Part shown: positions 62,646-64,000 of the stretch, one piece after another | Position numbering within the stretch: position 1 is the stretch's first letter | How the letters are laid out: each line of letters opens with the position of its first letter | Source of the DNA: a virus | Lineage: Duplodnaviria > Caudoviricetes | Length of the DNA stretch: 64,000 nt | Virus record (IMG/VR): IMGVR_UViG_3300013137_001132 | Coordinates: 650-64,649 of that record | Reading direction: 5' to 3' (one strand) | Notes under the pieces: model-generated | The model's input: the letters and a program-made list of their open reading frames with translations, nothing else | Told to the model about the DNA's origin: nothing | The model's database searches: none | Made by a program: the position numbers and the translations under genes

Positions 62646-62750
62646 CTATACTCTCCAACTGCTTCAACACTTCAATGAACGCTTCGCTGCGTCCCTTGAA
62701 AATCAGAGATTGCTCGTAATACCCCTGCGCTTGTTGCGCTAACCACTGTT

Positions 62751-63266
62751 TCATAGTTCAACCTTACCCACGTCAATCTTACCATCGTCCACCGCCCACA
62801 ACTCGCGCGCCTTGTCCGGCGTCAAATCCTTCTTACAGATGTGCGCCTTCAGGCACACATAAGTCACCTTCCCATAGACGCGTTGCCATTTCGCGTCCAC
62901 CTTCTCGCCGGCGACCCACTCCAACACCGCCGGCGCATCGGCCTTCCACGTCACAAACAGGTCTGGCACGTCTGCCGGCGCGTCTTTCGTCCGCGCGTGC
63001 GCCTGCCGCGCAATCACCATATCGCCGGCGTAACTGTAGACCTCGCCGGCCTCGACGCGCTGGCCGACAGCGGGTAGTGGCTTGTACGTCCCCGCCGCGC
63101 CCTTCGCCGCGGCCAGGAACGCGCTCTCGCCCTCGCCGTACAGCGTCTCGTAGGCCGGATTCACGCCGGTCAACTCACCCACATTCGTGATGCCGTCCGT
63201 TTCGATTTTGCCCGCCAGGCGCACTATCCAGCGCGCCGGCTGTGACTTCGGGAGAATCGTTGCCAT
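62751..63266 (-). CDS. Protein with CBM5/12-like carbohydrate-binding motifs
   Basis: WVAGEKV...YGKVTYVCLKAH...TPD....W. Confidence 0.6.
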   Translation of the reverse strand: MATILPKSQPARWIVRLAGKIETDGITNVGELTGVNPAYETLYGEGESAFLAAAKGAAGTYKPLPAVGQRVEAGEVYSYAGDMVIARQAHARTKDAPADVPDLFVTWKADAPAVLEWVAGEKVDAKWQRVYGKVTYVCLKAHICKKDLTPDKARELWAVDDGKIDVGKVEL

Positions 63267-63285
63267 TGTATGTACCTCGGCCGCC

Positions 63286-64000
63286 CTAAACCGTGAAAGT
63301 CACCGTCGTCCAGTGCTTGCCCGACACGTTACACCCATCGTTGACCAACTCGTGCGCGGTCTCCTTGCCCGGCGTCGCGCCCGTCACCGGGCAACTGGCC
63401 GCGGCCTGATACGTTCCGCTCGGCGCGGCGTTCGTGCCAGCCACATTGATCGTGCCGGCCGTGCCGGTGCGTGTGGCAAAGCCGTTCCAAATGTCGAGCA
63501 AGATGGCATCTACAGTTGCCTGTGATAGTCCCAACCCATCACAGCGAATTGTCGTCGCCGCAGCCCAGGCGAACATGCAGTTTGCCGCGAATGTGTAGGA
63601 CGAGCCGCCCGCTGGCATGGCGTACAGTACCCAGGTCGTCGGTCGCCACGCCACCATGTCCGCGCTCGCGATGTTGTATGTCCCCGCTGGCATGGCGAAC
63701 AGATACCAGCTCGTCGGTTGCCACGCCACCATGTCCGCGCTCGCGATGTTGTATGTCCCCGCTGGCATGGCGAACAGATACCAGGTCGTCGGTCGCCACG
63801 CCACCATGTCCGCGCTCGCGATGTTGTATGTCCCCGCCGGCATGGAGTACAGTTGCCAGTACACCGGTCGCCACGCCACCATGTCCGCGCTCGCGATGTT
63901 GTATGTCCCCGCTGGCATGGCGTACAGTACCCAGGTCGTCGGTCGCCACGCCACCATGTCCGCGCTCGCGATGTTGTATGTCCCCGCTGGCATGGCGAAC
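63286..64000 (-). CDS. Tail-fibre/receptor-binding-like protein with 25-aa (75-bp) tandem repeats; 5' part lies outside the window
   Basis: At least 5 copies of MPAGTYNIASADMVAW+x9; C-terminal LSQATVDAIL cap resembles LRR-like phage proteins. Confidence 0.7.
   Translation of the reverse strand, partial: FAMPAGTYNIASADMVAWRPTTWVLYAMPAGTYNIASADMVAWRPVYWQLYSMPAGTYNIASADMVAWRPTTWYLFAMPAGTYNIASADMVAWQPTSWYLFAMPAGTYNIASADMVAWRPTTWVLYAMPAGGSSYTFAANCMFAWAAATTIRCDGLGLSQATVDAILLDIWNGFATRTGTAGTINVAGTNAAPSGTYQAAASCPVTGATPGKETAHELVNDGCNVSGKHWTTVTFTV

Noticed and set aside
63286-64000. A confirmed diversity-generating retroelement
   Set aside because: No reverse transcriptase or template repeat is visible in the window; kept only as a hypothesis.
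1-64000. Prophage integration module or DNA polymerase
   Set aside because: No integrase, att site, repressor pair or polymerase was recognisable in the window.

Overview
The window is most of a ~55% GC tailed-phage genome with podovirus-like organisation: terminase, portal, scaffold, an N4-gp56-like major capsid, large internal virion proteins and no tape measure. A Chloroflexota-like host is inferred from Thr/Pro-linker, DNRLRE and lamin-tail-domain proteins. Layout: virion genes on the minus strand (1-31.4 kb), small early genes on plus (32-38.6 kb), an HNH/ncRNA/TROVE block on minus (38.6-47.7 kb), recombination and replication genes on plus (47.8-58.6 kb), and lysis plus tail-fibre genes on minus (58.6-64 kb). 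The genome is unusually rich in structured RNA. The best candidate for a new system is a Ro60/TROVE gene predicted to be co-transcribed with three Y-RNA-like repeat units that share a scaffold but carry different payloads, one being a canonical tRNA-Tyr anticodon stem-loop. Other RNA features are two ORF-less group I introns splitting the capsid gene, a variant hammerhead ribozyme, tRNA-His inside a ~1.2 kb structured non-coding block, and a covarying leader hairpin in front of several HNH genes. All calls come from reading the sequence by eye; no database searches or folding programs were run.
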